DNA of 31,910 nt from a virus (lineage: Duplodnaviria > Caudoviricetes): IMG/VR virus record IMGVR_UViG_3300012663_000601, positions 1-31,910 of that record. One strand, given 5' to 3'. Positions 9,359-19,380 of this stretch are shown one piece after another. Position 1 is the first letter of the stretch; each line of letters opens with the position of its first letter. The translations under genes and the position numbers were made by a program. The notes below the pieces were generated by a model, which was not told the DNA's origin, did not search any database, and saw only the letters and a list, made by a program, of their open reading frames with translations.

Positions 9359-10079
9359 TTTTATCGATTGCCCATTTTCTTTCTTTGCACCAGAAACACA
9401 CGCCACACGTTGGAACTACCTGTCCTTTTACGTATGTTTTATAATTAATAGTTTCGAATTCGCCTTCACAACTGCGTGTAGTATTTAGAAGGTCTTTGAT
9501 TTCTAATCGATTGTACTGTTTAATAATCCAATCCTTTTCAACAAATCTAAAAGGATGTATAGCATATCTACCCATGTGTATCATTAGCGTTAAATGCTGA
9601 TTTGCTTCTGTGGGTTCTATGTTCCTCTCAGTCATGCCGCCCAAGTCTATTCCCCTAGGGTTTCGAGTAACAGCATTATAATATGCTTCACAATCTTCAT
9701 GGTAACAAATGTATTCTGCATAAGACCGTTGCTGAATATTATCACCACTTACGTTTTTGTCATACTCGTCTACAATGCTAGGGCCAATGTTTCCGTACTC
9801 GATGTCGGGTGCAATAAAATTAGTATGTCTTTTAAATTTAATTTTAGGAAATTTATTTGTTAACCAGTTGTATACATTTAAACTATCTTGTTGTTGCCAC
9901 GGACGAGTTTTCCACATACGGGTATGACTAATAATATGTACCGTAGCATCATTTGTAATTAACCCGCATATTAAATATGCTAACAACGCAGAGTCTGCCC
10001 CTCCACTGATACTAATAGCAATATTTTCCCAATGTTTTTCAAAGGGTATATCGACGCCATCTACATTATGTAATTTCAT
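9351..10079 (-). CDS. QueC-like PP-loop ATP pyrophosphatase
   Basis: SGGADS PP-loop; TRSC...CGVCFWCKER Zn-binding motif. Confidence 0.8.
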   Translation of the reverse strand: MKLHNVDGVDIPFEKHWENIAISISGGADSALLAYLICGLITNDATVHIISHTRMWKTRPWQQQDSLNVYNWLTNKFPKIKFKRHTNFIAPDIEYGNIGPSIVDEYDKNVSGDNIQQRSYAEYICYHEDCEAYYNAVTRNPRGIDLGGMTERNIEPTEANQHLTLMIHMGRYAIHPFRFVEKDWIIKQYNRLEIKDLLNTTRSCEGEFETINYKTYVKGQVVPTCGVCFWCKERKWAIDKND

Positions 10080-10923
10080 TTTCTAAATACCTTATCAACG
10101 GACTTACACCCACAGGCTGATCATTTCGCAATGCCAAGTAAATGCTCTTAGTGGGCGTAAGGTTAAAGTCCTTACACACTTTGTAATATCGGTCGCCGTG
10201 TGTATTCCACAGATAGTCGGGTTCTAAATTACGAATAAAATGTAGTCCAATCATAACTAACGCACGATTGTTCATACGGAAGTCATTCATTATTGTAACA
10301 CTATCTGCCTTAGGTTGTCTAGTCCAGCGTAAGCCTATCCTATTCCAGCCAAGACCAAGACCTTTACTTAAACTTATCCCAACAGACTTAATAGATAAAT
10401 GACTAACGTCAAATGTAATATCCCGGCAACAACTAATCCAAGCACCGTCAATATGTACTGCAATGTTTTTAATTTTACATTCATGCAAAATCTCCTCCAT
10501 ATCTTGATGTGGAGCACCAATGCTAGGGAACGGCATTGCTATAATTAAAGGAATATCCGGAATCAGTGAGCCCACATCTTTAACATACGCTAATCCTAAT
10601 CTTTCGTGGTATCTATAATCGTTACGTAATACTTGTACAGGACCTTGCATATAAAGATCATCGATGAATTGCGTACATCCGTTTATAATATCTATACGGT
10701 CAAACTGATCAAAACCTGTCAGACGATTCAACTTAGAGTTAAAAATCCAATTTGTTGTTTCGTGTTTAAAATTAGTATAAACACTATCAGTAATGTCAGA
10801 ATCCAATTTACCAGTTAATACATCTTGTATTAATTGTTCAATTTTTAAATCCGACAGCGGACTAGGACGTTCTACTTCGAGGTAGTCGATTGAATATTCC
10901 TGTGCAATTCGTATGCGGTTCAT
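10066..10923 (-). CDS. PLP-dependent fold-type I enzyme (aminotransferase-like)
   Basis: HIDGAW (PLP Asp) and SLSKGLGLGWNRIG (Schiff-base Lys followed by RxG). Confidence 0.75.
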   Translation of the reverse strand: MNRIRIAQEYSIDYLEVERPSPLSDLKIEQLIQDVLTGKLDSDITDSVYTNFKHETTNWIFNSKLNRLTGFDQFDRIDIINGCTQFIDDLYMQGPVQVLRNDYRYHERLGLAYVKDVGSLIPDIPLIIAMPFPSIGAPHQDMEEILHECKIKNIAVHIDGAWISCCRDITFDVSHLSIKSVGISLSKGLGLGWNRIGLRWTRQPKADSVTIMNDFRMNNRALVMIGLHFIRNLEPDYLWNTHGDRYYKVCKDFNLTPTKSIYLALRNDQPVGVSPLIRYLENEIT

Positions 10924-10962
10924 GAAATATTTACCCTTTTAAGTGCGCACATAAATATTTCT
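10924..10962. promoter_or_regulatory. Divergent late-promoter pair in a 10 bp inverted repeat
   Basis: TAAATA-N4-ATG on minus (10933-10928) and ATAAATA-N5-ATG on plus (10951-10957); arms GAAATATTTA / TAAATATTTC. Confidence 0.65.
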
Positions 10963-11628
10963 ATGCTATCCCCAACTAACTATACAGTCAATACATCTTT
11001 GTTTCAAGAGGCATGTAATCAATTGCCCAAAGGTAATATGAAAACAATTATTAATCAACCAACTGGTAATTTTTTCTATGATCCGTGGATTATCAAAGAC
11101 GAATATAAAGGTACCGTTTGGGAAAAATTATATGACTCATTGCCGGTGAGTAGAGGTGAGGCTAGAATAATAATTCTAGACCCGGCGCATTGTTATCAAA
11201 CTCATGCAGACATCGACGATCGGTACCATCTTAACATACTAGGTGAAGCATGTTATCTTATAGATTTAGTTAGAGAACAAATGTTTCTCTTAGAACAAGA
11301 CGGAGTGTGGTACGATATGGATGCCAGCTTTTTACATACTGCTACTAACTTTGGTAGACGAGCTAGAGTACAACTGGTAGTTAGAAAATTATTAAAAAAT
11401 AACAAGTTAAAAAACCCAATAGAGGTATCGTTGTCTACAACGATAGAAAATACCGACGATGCTAGATTTGTGTTTGATAATACATTAAGCCCCTGGTTTA
11501 ACGAAGCGAACAAATTAGGCTTTATAAACAATTTTGATCATTCTCCTACTTCAATAAAATTTAGTATTGAACAAGACAAAATAGATTCATTTAAACGTAT
11601 GCTGCCATCGGAATTTAAGGTTATATGA
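10963..11628 (+). CDS. Asp/Asn beta-hydroxylase-like Fe(II)/2OG oxygenase
   Basis: ARIIIL.P...HADIDDRYH, distal HTATNFG...R.QLV. Confidence 0.7.
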   Translation: MLSPTNYTVNTSLFQEACNQLPKGNMKTIINQPTGNFFYDPWIIKDEYKGTVWEKLYDSLPVSRGEARIIILDPAHCYQTHADIDDRYHLNILGEACYLIDLVREQMFLLEQDGVWYDMDASFLHTATNFGRRARVQLVVRKLLKNNKLKNPIEVSLSTTIENTDDARFVFDNTLSPWFNEANKLGFINNFDHSPTSIKFSIEQDKIDSFKRMLPSEFKVI

Positions 11629-13166
11629 ATCACGTATTATTCTTTTCATTAACAGGTAAGCGTTGGGAGAGAGCATTATGGTCGCATCGTGTGGCAACAT
11701 TTTTACGAATGAACGATTGGGACGCAGAAGTTGTAGACTTTACAGCATTCTGGAAACTAGAAGAACTACAAGAGTTTGTACGTAGTAGGGCAACAGATAA
11801 AACAGTTATGTTTTGCTTTGGCACAGCATTTTTAAATCCATGGAGTCCGTACTTAAACGAATTCATCACATGGCTTAAACAAGCATATCCTACTATTCCA
11901 GTTGTGGTAGGCGGGAATAATGCTATGGTTACTCCAGCAGAAGGAGTAGACTATTGGGTAGATAGCTACGGTGAGAACGCAGTCCTAGCTCTATGCCAGC
12001 ATCTCATCGGTACATTAGGCGCACCATTGTTAACCGACTCTGCATTCTTTGGCAGTAAAAAAGTTATACGAGGATTACATCACTATCCCAGTGCGCCATT
12101 AGACAGCTATCTAGTAGATTACGAAGTAAGAGATTTTATGATGTCATATGAATGTCCACAGATCGAAACAGCACGTGGCTGTATGTTCAGTTGCAGTTAT
12201 TGTAACTTTCCTATCATAGGGCAAGCAAAGGATGTAAGTGTAAGTAAAGAAGAATTTAAACGTCAAATGCAAACAGGTTATGAGAAATGGGGCATTAAGA
12301 ACTGGCGTGTAATGGACGAAACATTTAATGACCGTCCTGAGAAGTTACAGAAGTATGCAGATGCTGTAGATGAACTAGACTATAATCCCTGGATATGTGG
12401 GTTTGCTCGTGGTGACTTAGTAGTCAAACATCGAGAGTATTGGGACACTTATATTAGATTAGGCTTCCTCGGTCATAGTATGGGCATTGAAACGTTTAAT
12501 CATGCCGCTGGTAAACTTGTACGTAAGGGAATGGATCCTGAAAAACTACAAGAAGGCCTGTTAGACTTTCAAGCATATACAGATATTCATGCTCCCAATC
12601 TCTATAGAGCAAATATACAGTTAATATGCGGTATACCCGGTGAAACTAAAACATCGTGGCACGAATCTTTAGATTGGTTAAACACTAAATGGAATAGACA
12701 AAGCGCCAGCGCACACATTTTAGAAATAGGAGACTATGACGATAGTCTTACAAACCAAAGTCGATTTACTAAAGAACTTAAAGATAACGGGTTAATTAAA
12801 TTAGAAGCTAGACAAAATCCAGGCTATGTAGTAACTAAAGATACTACAGGCAATGTGGTATTTCAATCTACAACTCCACGTGGCGGCGGCGTAGGCAGTA
12901 CCAGGAATGATATTGTCATATGGAAACATGATAATATGGATTGGTATCAAGCGGAAACTCTTGTACAGGAATTTTACAGCAATAACGGATTTATTGGACT
13001 GAGAGGGTGTAACCCGTTCCTCTCAGATAGATTATTTGTTTATTATGAAACAAACAGCTATCAAGACATATACGATAAAAAAGTGTCTGATTTAGATACA
13101 GACGATTTAAAATTTAAACAGTTTGTACAGAAATATATTGATAAAAAATTAAGTTGGGAAAAATAA
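11625..13166 (+). CDS. Cobalamin-dependent (class B) radical SAM protein
   Basis: N-terminal B12-binding-like domain (VVVGG, YGE), ETARGCMFSCSYC, DETF, GIETF, GIPGET. Confidence 0.85.
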   Translation: MNHVLFFSLTGKRWERALWSHRVATFLRMNDWDAEVVDFTAFWKLEELQEFVRSRATDKTVMFCFGTAFLNPWSPYLNEFITWLKQAYPTIPVVVGGNNAMVTPAEGVDYWVDSYGENAVLALCQHLIGTLGAPLLTDSAFFGSKKVIRGLHHYPSAPLDSYLVDYEVRDFMMSYECPQIETARGCMFSCSYCNFPIIGQAKDVSVSKEEFKRQMQTGYEKWGIKNWRVMDETFNDRPEKLQKYADAVDELDYNPWICGFARGDLVVKHREYWDTYIRLGFLGHSMGIETFNHAAGKLVRKGMDPEKLQEGLLDFQAYTDIHAPNLYRANIQLICGIPGETKTSWHESLDWLNTKWNRQSASAHILEIGDYDDSLTNQSRFTKELKDNGLIKLEARQNPGYVVTKDTTGNVVFQSTTPRGGGVGSTRNDIVIWKHDNMDWYQAETLVQEFYSNNGFIGLRGCNPFLSDRLFVYYETNSYQDIYDKKVSDLDTDDLKFKQFVQKYIDKKLSWEK

Positions 13167-13853
13167 ATGGATACTACAAATTGGAAGTGTTATTATAAAA
13201 TGTCTATGACTGGTGAGCTGACAGAATCTAATCTACTCTATACTCCCACAGTCAACCCAGAGGGTACTGTAATGTGTATGCACTACGGTAACGATGCTGT
13301 ATACAGAAAAAATGTACCAATACTGTCAGAGGAGTTAATTGATTGGTTTTTTGAACGAGAAGTAAAATTCTTAAAAGAATTATCTTACTTGGATTCGACG
13401 CCTGAAATTTATGAAATAGATTACACGAACCGTAAAATTTTTATCGAATGGAATACCGAAACATTATCTCAAATAGTAAACGACTCTAATAGAAGTTTAG
13501 ATAATGAACTGCCTAACTGGCGAGAACAGATTAAAAATATGTTGGTTAATTTTAAAAAACACGAATGTTACAAGATGTCTTTATACCCTCATTGTTTTTA
13601 TATTTCCAAAGACGGTACATTAAAAACTATTGATTATTATTCAGTTGTTCCTTACAGCGAACGTTTTATAGAAAGAAAAATCATCGAAGGTATTATTGGA
13701 ACTGAAGGAGCATATAGATTTGATCACTCTACAGATTCTGGCCAAATTGATTTTAAAAAGTTTTTTGAAATTACATTAAATCAGCATCTTACTTTATACT
13801 GGCCTGACTCGCCATTTGCTAACCTATTTAAAGAGATACACTCACATGATTAA
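13167..13853 (+). CDS. Protein-kinase-like fold protein with degenerate catalytic loop
   Basis: FEREVKFLKEL (alphaC-like), PEIYEI, KMSLYPHCF...GTLKTIDYY. Confidence 0.55.
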   Translation: MDTTNWKCYYKMSMTGELTESNLLYTPTVNPEGTVMCMHYGNDAVYRKNVPILSEELIDWFFEREVKFLKELSYLDSTPEIYEIDYTNRKIFIEWNTETLSQIVNDSNRSLDNELPNWREQIKNMLVNFKKHECYKMSLYPHCFYISKDGTLKTIDYYSVVPYSERFIERKIIEGIIGTEGAYRFDHSTDSGQIDFKKFFEITLNQHLTLYWPDSPFANLFKEIHSHD

Positions 13854-14337
13854 TTGGTTAGAAATTGTTAACAATCTTAAAGACGGCCAAGTAGTCACAG
13901 TGAATCCCGAACGATGGAATATGGACAATCCAAAGTATAAAGAAATGGTCGAACTGTGGGAGTCTAATAATTTTAATACAGCCAGTGTTAGATGGATAAA
14001 CTATTACGATACCAAAGAGATAGAAACAAAAATTGCAGAAGAAGTAAGTATTACACCTTTGCGCAGTTGGATCAGCTGCGTCGAGCCGGGATACATGACT
14101 GGGTATCATTATGACATCGACGATAACGAACAAGAATATTTAAAACACGGTTTATTAAAACGTTATACTGTGTTTATCAGTGAACCAGCTATCGGCCATG
14201 TTTTTATATTAGGCAAAGAATATTTTGTTAACAATCCCGTAGGTACTATAATTAAATGGGGTAACTATAAAGAATGGCATTGCGGAATGAACGGTGGACT
14301 ATCTAACAAGTATATGTTTCACGTTATAGGATATTAA
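13846..14337 (+). CDS. Fe(II)/2OG-type (cupin) oxygenase
   Basis: EPG...HYD, distal WH.G.N. Start taken at ATG 13846; paralogue of 15413..15937. Confidence 0.6.
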   Translation: MINWLEIVNNLKDGQVVTVNPERWNMDNPKYKEMVELWESNNFNTASVRWINYYDTKEIETKIAEEVSITPLRSWISCVEPGYMTGYHYDIDDNEQEYLKHGLLKRYTVFISEPAIGHVFILGKEYFVNNPVGTIIKWGNYKEWHCGMNGGLSNKYMFHVIGY

Positions 14338-15429
14338 ATGTTTTCATTTGAACAGTTAAGTACTATACAAGTTGAAATAACAAATAGATGCCAGGCTAGT
14401 TGCCCTATGTGCCTTAGGAATATACACGGCGGGATTGATAATCCTAATTTAATATCAGCAGATTGGACCCTAGAACAATTTCAAAACATATTCACTGACG
14501 AAGTTCTAGCGCAGATAAGTTGTGTTAACTTTTGCGGTGACTTTGGGGATCCTATTATTAACGCAAACTTAATAGATATGTGTCAGTATGTATGTGATAA
14601 AAAATCCAACATGATAATAATACTGAATACTAATGGTTCGGCCCATAATGAACAGTGGTGGGTATCGCTTGCAACAGCGTTACCTAAAAATCATAAAGTA
14701 ATATTTGCATTGGACGGTTTACAAGATACGCATAGTCTCTACAGAATTGGAACTAATTATGATATGATTATTAGAAATGCCAAGGCATTTATTGATGCCG
14801 GTGGCGTTGCTGAGTGGATGTTTATACGCTTTAAACATAACGAACACGAAGTTGAAATAGCAAGAACTCTTTCTAAAGAGTTAGGGTTTGCAGCTTTTAA
14901 TACAAAGGATAGTAAACGATTTGGCAAGAAGTATCCTGTGCTTAACAAACAAGGAGTAATTGATTATTATCTAGAACCACCCAGTCAAAGTAGAATTAAA
15001 CCGGTAGAATTTTTAGATCTTAAAGATTATAAAGAATGGCAAAATGATGTTAGTTGTTTTGCTGTAGAATCTAAAGAGCTATATATAGATGCTAACGGGT
15101 ATCTCATGCCGTGCTGTTTAATTGGCTCATTCTTATATGCTAATTACGATGTTGATTTATATCGAAAATACGGAGTTATAGATGAAACTAGTATCACTGG
15201 TATTGCTAGAGAAGTACAACTAGAGGTATTTTCTATTATTCAAGAATTTGGTGGACTGGAATCCTTAGATTCCAATGTATATTCCATCAAGGATATTATG
15301 AGTACAGAAGTTTGGCAAACGCTAATTCATAAAAAATGGGATAACAACTCTTCATCCACGTGCAAAATACTTTGCGGTAATGCAGGACCGTTCATCTCAA
15401 TTGACGAACAAATTAATCGTACATCGTAA
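14338..15429 (+). CDS. Radical SAM protein with C-terminal Twitch/SPASM-like domain
   Basis: CQASCPMC, FCGDFGDP, NTNG, LMPCC, CKILC. Confidence 0.9.
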   Translation: MFSFEQLSTIQVEITNRCQASCPMCLRNIHGGIDNPNLISADWTLEQFQNIFTDEVLAQISCVNFCGDFGDPIINANLIDMCQYVCDKKSNMIIILNTNGSAHNEQWWVSLATALPKNHKVIFALDGLQDTHSLYRIGTNYDMIIRNAKAFIDAGGVAEWMFIRFKHNEHEVEIARTLSKELGFAAFNTKDSKRFGKKYPVLNKQGVIDYYLEPPSQSRIKPVEFLDLKDYKEWQNDVSCFAVESKELYIDANGYLMPCCLIGSFLYANYDVDLYRKYGVIDETSITGIAREVQLEVFSIIQEFGGLESLDSNVYSIKDIMSTEVWQTLIHKKWDNNSSSTCKILCGNAGPFISIDEQINRTS

Positions 15430-15937
15430 TTTGTAAAGTATATCTAGTATTATATCCAATATTAGCAGGACCATGTACGGTCATCGGATTATTCCATTCA
15501 AATACATCACCCGCTTTATAATTTGCAGCAACCTTATCATCATATACAAAGATGTGTCCGGGTTCCCAATCTTGTAAGAACATTGTATAACGTACAGGAT
15601 CGCTGACTTCAGTTAATTGGGGATCAATATGCATAGCCTGGAACTCACCAGGATACAACATTACAAACCACCAATTTACATTAGTTCGTTTTTCAGGTAA
15701 GTCCGGTAGACTAAATTTGAAATCTTGCATTTCTTTTGAAGAAGGATTCATTTGATGAAAGAAATGTTTATTACTTGAATATCCCGGTCTTGCCATTTCT
15801 TTAAATTTTTCCAAGGTAGGATTACCTGACCATCGATCGGGTTGCCACACCGGAGTCTTATCTCCCTGACAAGATGTTAGATGTTCTAATATTTTTTCTG
15901 ATTTAATCCAATCGCTACAATTTCTAATGTATTTCAT
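15413..15937 (-). CDS. Fe(II)/2OG-type (cupin) oxygenase
   Basis: YPG...MHID, distal HGPANIG...RYTLQIT. Confidence 0.65.
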   Translation of the reverse strand: MKYIRNCSDWIKSEKILEHLTSCQGDKTPVWQPDRWSGNPTLEKFKEMARPGYSSNKHFFHQMNPSSKEMQDFKFSLPDLPEKRTNVNWWFVMLYPGEFQAMHIDPQLTEVSDPVRYTMFLQDWEPGHIFVYDDKVAANYKAGDVFEWNNPMTVHGPANIGYNTRYTLQITMYD

Positions 15938-15950
15938 TAATAATATCCCG

Positions 15951-16784
15951 TTAGTCTTTTTGTAAAACCCAGTTTAAGTCATCTAATCTTTGAATAATGT
16001 AGTCAGCATAAATTTTATGACACACACTACTAGGATGCATGTTATCTCTTGCACCAGTATCGTTCACTGGAAATAGCGGTAGCAACTGTTCGTTGCCTAC
16101 AAGATTTTTTAAAATTTCATGCATATAGGGGCACCAAGAAGAGTACAATATTTTTTTACCTCTCAGTTCGGCTTTCATCCATTGGATAGCATCACAAGCA
16201 TACATATCAAAATCGTCTTGCGTTAGAATATTATATAGAGATTTATATTCGGGAAGATTTTGCTGGTCTGGCAAGAGATCAGTTAACATACCTACATCGT
16301 GTTCAATGAACGCAAATCTAGTAGACGGTGGAAGTGTGATAACAATAATGTCAAAATCTATTAAATTTGACGACGCTGAAATTATCTTTGCTACACGTTG
16401 AATACTGGCTCCGGTTGTTCCAAAATTTAACGACGTTATCTTATCAGTATAATGCTGTTCTACTACCGATGAAAAAATGTCATGTTCAACCACTCCTTGC
16501 CCTAAGGTTATACTACATCCAAAGAATCCTAGTTTTATAACATCCGAATTCAAATCCCATTTTCCTCTAAATCCAGAAGTGTTTATTTCATAATTCCAGT
16601 CATGTAATGTTGGGTTTAATTTTATATTAGCTTCAGAAGAATACTTTTCGTCTTCGTCCATAAATTTTACACTTACACTGTCAGTTAATTCAACGTTAGG
16701 ATAATACGTATTAAGATTGCCGAACCAACTTAAATCTTTGAGATGTGTTGAACTACTGGGGTATAAAATTTTAGGATGTTTCAT
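15951..16784 (-). CDS. SGNH hydrolase-like protein
   Basis: N.SGFRG, FFGCSITLGQG, NFGTTGAS, RDNMHP. Confidence 0.7.
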   Translation of the reverse strand: MKHPKILYPSSSTHLKDLSWFGNLNTYYPNVELTDSVSVKFMDEDEKYSSEANIKLNPTLHDWNYEINTSGFRGKWDLNSDVIKLGFFGCSITLGQGVVEHDIFSSVVEQHYTDKITSLNFGTTGASIQRVAKIISASSNLIDFDIIVITLPPSTRFAFIEHDVGMLTDLLPDQQNLPEYKSLYNILTQDDFDMYACDAIQWMKAELRGKKILYSSWCPYMHEILKNLVGNEQLLPLFPVNDTGARDNMHPSSVCHKIYADYIIQRLDDLNWVLQKD

Positions 16785-17533
16785 ATATCTTCTAGACTAT
16801 ACCATTCCTGCCATGTTAATGGTTTAGGAGTATTGTTAACTTTTTTAAATTTTAATATGGATCTTTTCATATGTTGCTCAACGTCGCGGCTTACGCCATA
16901 TCCGTACTCATCTGGGTATTTTTGTTTTACTGATTCATAAGTATCAAGTGATAACTCAAATCCTAGTGTAGAAAATATTTCTTTAAAAAATCCAGTGCTA
17001 GGAACCGGACTAGGCCAACGGTCGTCTAGAATATATTCCACAAATGGTTGTTCATATTCAATATAATTTGTAATACGTTGAATCTCTAATTTTTGTTCCT
17101 CGGTTAAATCAACTGTTCTTAAAAGTTCTAGCAACTTGTATGCTGATTTATTAATAGGTACTCCTGATTCTATTACAACATTATTTGTAATTTTAGATAT
17201 ATTTTGCAAAAGAGTAGCTTGATCTTGAATACCTTGGATTGTCCTACTAATAATTACAATATCAAATATTCTTTGTTCCTTTACACAATCTTTTACATAA
17301 TCTTCTAAGTCCATAGTAACAATTGTAAAGTCTGGATAACAGAGTCTTGCATGATTATTATCGTACTTGTCAATGTCAACTCCTGTATATTCAGCTGCTC
17401 CATGTAACATACAGTATTCACCAAGCCATGCTGTCTGACTTCCAAGATCTAATACTTTTGCATTTTTAAGTTCATCCGAATGTACCCATTCTTGATACAC
17501 TAGATTGTGATTTTCTTCAAAAAAATTGTTCAC
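16781..17533 (-). CDS. Class I SAM-dependent methyltransferase
   Basis: VLDLGSQTAWLG, TGVDID, FDIVI. Confidence 0.7.
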   Translation of the reverse strand: MNNFFEENHNLVYQEWVHSDELKNAKVLDLGSQTAWLGEYCMLHGAAEYTGVDIDKYDNNHARLCYPDFTIVTMDLEDYVKDCVKEQRIFDIVIISRTIQGIQDQATLLQNISKITNNVVIESGVPINKSAYKLLELLRTVDLTEEQKLEIQRITNYIEYEQPFVEYILDDRWPSPVPSTGFFKEIFSTLGFELSLDTYESVKQKYPDEYGYGVSRDVEQHMKRSILKFKKVNNTPKPLTWQEWYSLEDI

Positions 17534-17534
17534 G

Positions 17535-18338
17535 TTAATAATTCTCTATGTGGTCAATACCTAGTTTCTTACGAAACTCTTCGGTAAACTTGCCATCGAT
17601 ACGCAGGCTGTAACTCTGTTCCATGATACGTTCACCACCATGCCAGTCTACATCGTTCCACCATGCAGCTCTAGTGTTAAGATATGTTTTATCTTTAGTT
17701 TCTGGATCCCACAAGTACATGGCTTTCTTAGTGTTAGGACGAACATGTATAAACTCGTTGCGATGTGGTTTGACTACATTAATACCGTTGTTAGCATCTA
17801 AGTCACGATGTTCGAACGGAATTCCATCTGCTTCGCAGTGAAAGAATATAACACGGCCAACATCTTCAAACACTGTACCTACTAGACTTTCAACCCACTT
17901 AACTACTGTGGGGAAGTATTCTGCTTCAGGTGTTAGACTACGTTTAGCAGTTCTATCATCCCACGATCCTTCTTCCCACAAATAATAGTAAATGTATGGA
18001 TCATATGCACCCATAGCCATTTTTAAGAAACGTGTAAACACATTACGTTCTTGGAAATTTTTAAAATCTTTTGGCATTAATTTCATACCGTTTTGTTTAA
18101 TAGGATCACTGTCGGGCAATGCCATAAACTCTTCCATTGCTTGATATATAGGTTTCCAACTGACTTTGTAGCTCATGTTATCAAACGTAAATCCCGGTGA
18201 CATCCATGTTCCTTCTTTAGCATGCTCACGTGCTAGAGCAAAGCCTGTTAGGATTTCTGGCTGCATTTTTTCAAATGATTCCATATCCACATATTGTTCC
18301 ATGTCGTAATATGTTTTATTGTTTATTCCGTGCATCAT
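17535..18338 (-). CDS. Putative Fe(II)/2OG-type oxygenase
   Basis: EHRD, distal WHGG, SLRIDG. Start taken at ATG 18338; paralogue of 26221..26940 and 26940..27671. Confidence 0.55.
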   Translation of the reverse strand: MMHGINNKTYYDMEQYVDMESFEKMQPEILTGFALAREHAKEGTWMSPGFTFDNMSYKVSWKPIYQAMEEFMALPDSDPIKQNGMKLMPKDFKNFQERNVFTRFLKMAMGAYDPYIYYYLWEEGSWDDRTAKRSLTPEAEYFPTVVKWVESLVGTVFEDVGRVIFFHCEADGIPFEHRDLDANNGINVVKPHRNEFIHVRPNTKKAMYLWDPETKDKTYLNTRAAWWNDVDWHGGERIMEQSYSLRIDGKFTEEFRKKLGIDHIENY

Positions 18339-19380
18339 ATTTTCTCTGATATTTTTCAGGTACATTATCGTATAAAGGTAAGTTTTTATTTATTGCGCCA
18401 TCTCTCAAAATAACTTGATGTACTAAGGAGCTTATTGGTTTGCCTGGTAACATATCAGCCCATGATTCAGTTTGATCTTCTTCGAGGTCTATTGTGCGTA
18501 CATCAGGCCACTGAATAATTTTAACTAATATGCCGTTGATACGCAACGGATAATGTACCCTAATCCCCCAATCTGGATCATATTCGTGTGTCCATCCTTT
18601 TTTGTTACATATTGCAATAACTTTTTCTAATAGCTCTGACAAGTATACCTTTTCTTCTCCGGGATGTCGACCGATATCTGTACCAACACGTATTCGATAC
18701 TGTTGACAAATTCTTTCACCAAACTCTTGTATTTCTTCTAAACAATATTCAAGCTGTGCTATAGTTTCAAGGGTATAACTAACATTTTTAATTTTCATAC
18801 CTAGCTTTAAACAATTTTCGATACCTTCAATTTGTTTCTTTCTAACAGTTGCACCTTGGTAGTCAGGGTGATTTAATCCGATAGTCCACATCACATTTTT
18901 CATATCTGCAAACTGTTTAGCATAATCGTAGTCTGATAGATAAACGCCATTAGTTAGAACCATAATTGCACGTGGCTTGCCAGGCAATGATTGTATGGCA
19001 TTGCATAGTTCCGGAAGGTCTTTTCTCACAGTGGGCTCTGCGCCCATCAACGCAACATTGTATCCGTCATCATCCCATGATTTAACTATTTCAAGAATAT
19101 GGTCCATCGACGGATCTTTACTCATGTTATCTGGAATTTGATAACAATGGGGGCAACTTAAATTACATTTGTTAGTAATATCTAAACAGTATGTTGTATT
19201 GCTAGGTCTTGGATATTTATAGTTAATATAGAAATCAGCGTTAGGCTCTACAAGATGCTCTGAATAGCCATGCCATTTACAAGTCTTTCCTAGCCATATT
19301 GATCCGGTTCGTTCAAAGCGAACAGCCGGAACGTGTCTATAGCAATGTTCGCATATTGAAACAGTGTCTACTTTATACAC
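18316..19380 (-). CDS. Radical SAM protein with Tes/MJ0619-type N-terminal metal-binding motif
   Basis: TVSICEHC...A...KTCKWHG, CNLSCPHC, MGAEPT, LTNG. Start taken at GTG 19380, an 8 nt overlap with the upstream gene. Confidence 0.85.
   Translation of the reverse strand: MYKVDTVSICEHCYRHVPAVRFERTGSIWLGKTCKWHGYSEHLVEPNADFYINYKYPRPSNTTYCLDITNKCNLSCPHCYQIPDNMSKDPSMDHILEIVKSWDDDGYNVALMGAEPTVRKDLPELCNAIQSLPGKPRAIMVLTNGVYLSDYDYAKQFADMKNVMWTIGLNHPDYQGATVRKKQIEGIENCLKLGMKIKNVSYTLETIAQLEYCLEEIQEFGERICQQYRIRVGTDIGRHPGEEKVYLSELLEKVIAICNKKGWTHEYDPDWGIRVHYPLRINGILVKIIQWPDVRTIDLEEDQTESWADMLPGKPISSLVHQVILRDGAINKNLPLYDNVPEKYQRKYDARNKQ

Noticed and set aside
9351-10079. Assigning queC/queE and calling a 7-deazaguanine DNA modification system
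   Set aside because: No FolE, QueD or DpdA is visible, and the radical SAMs lack recognisable QueE signatures.
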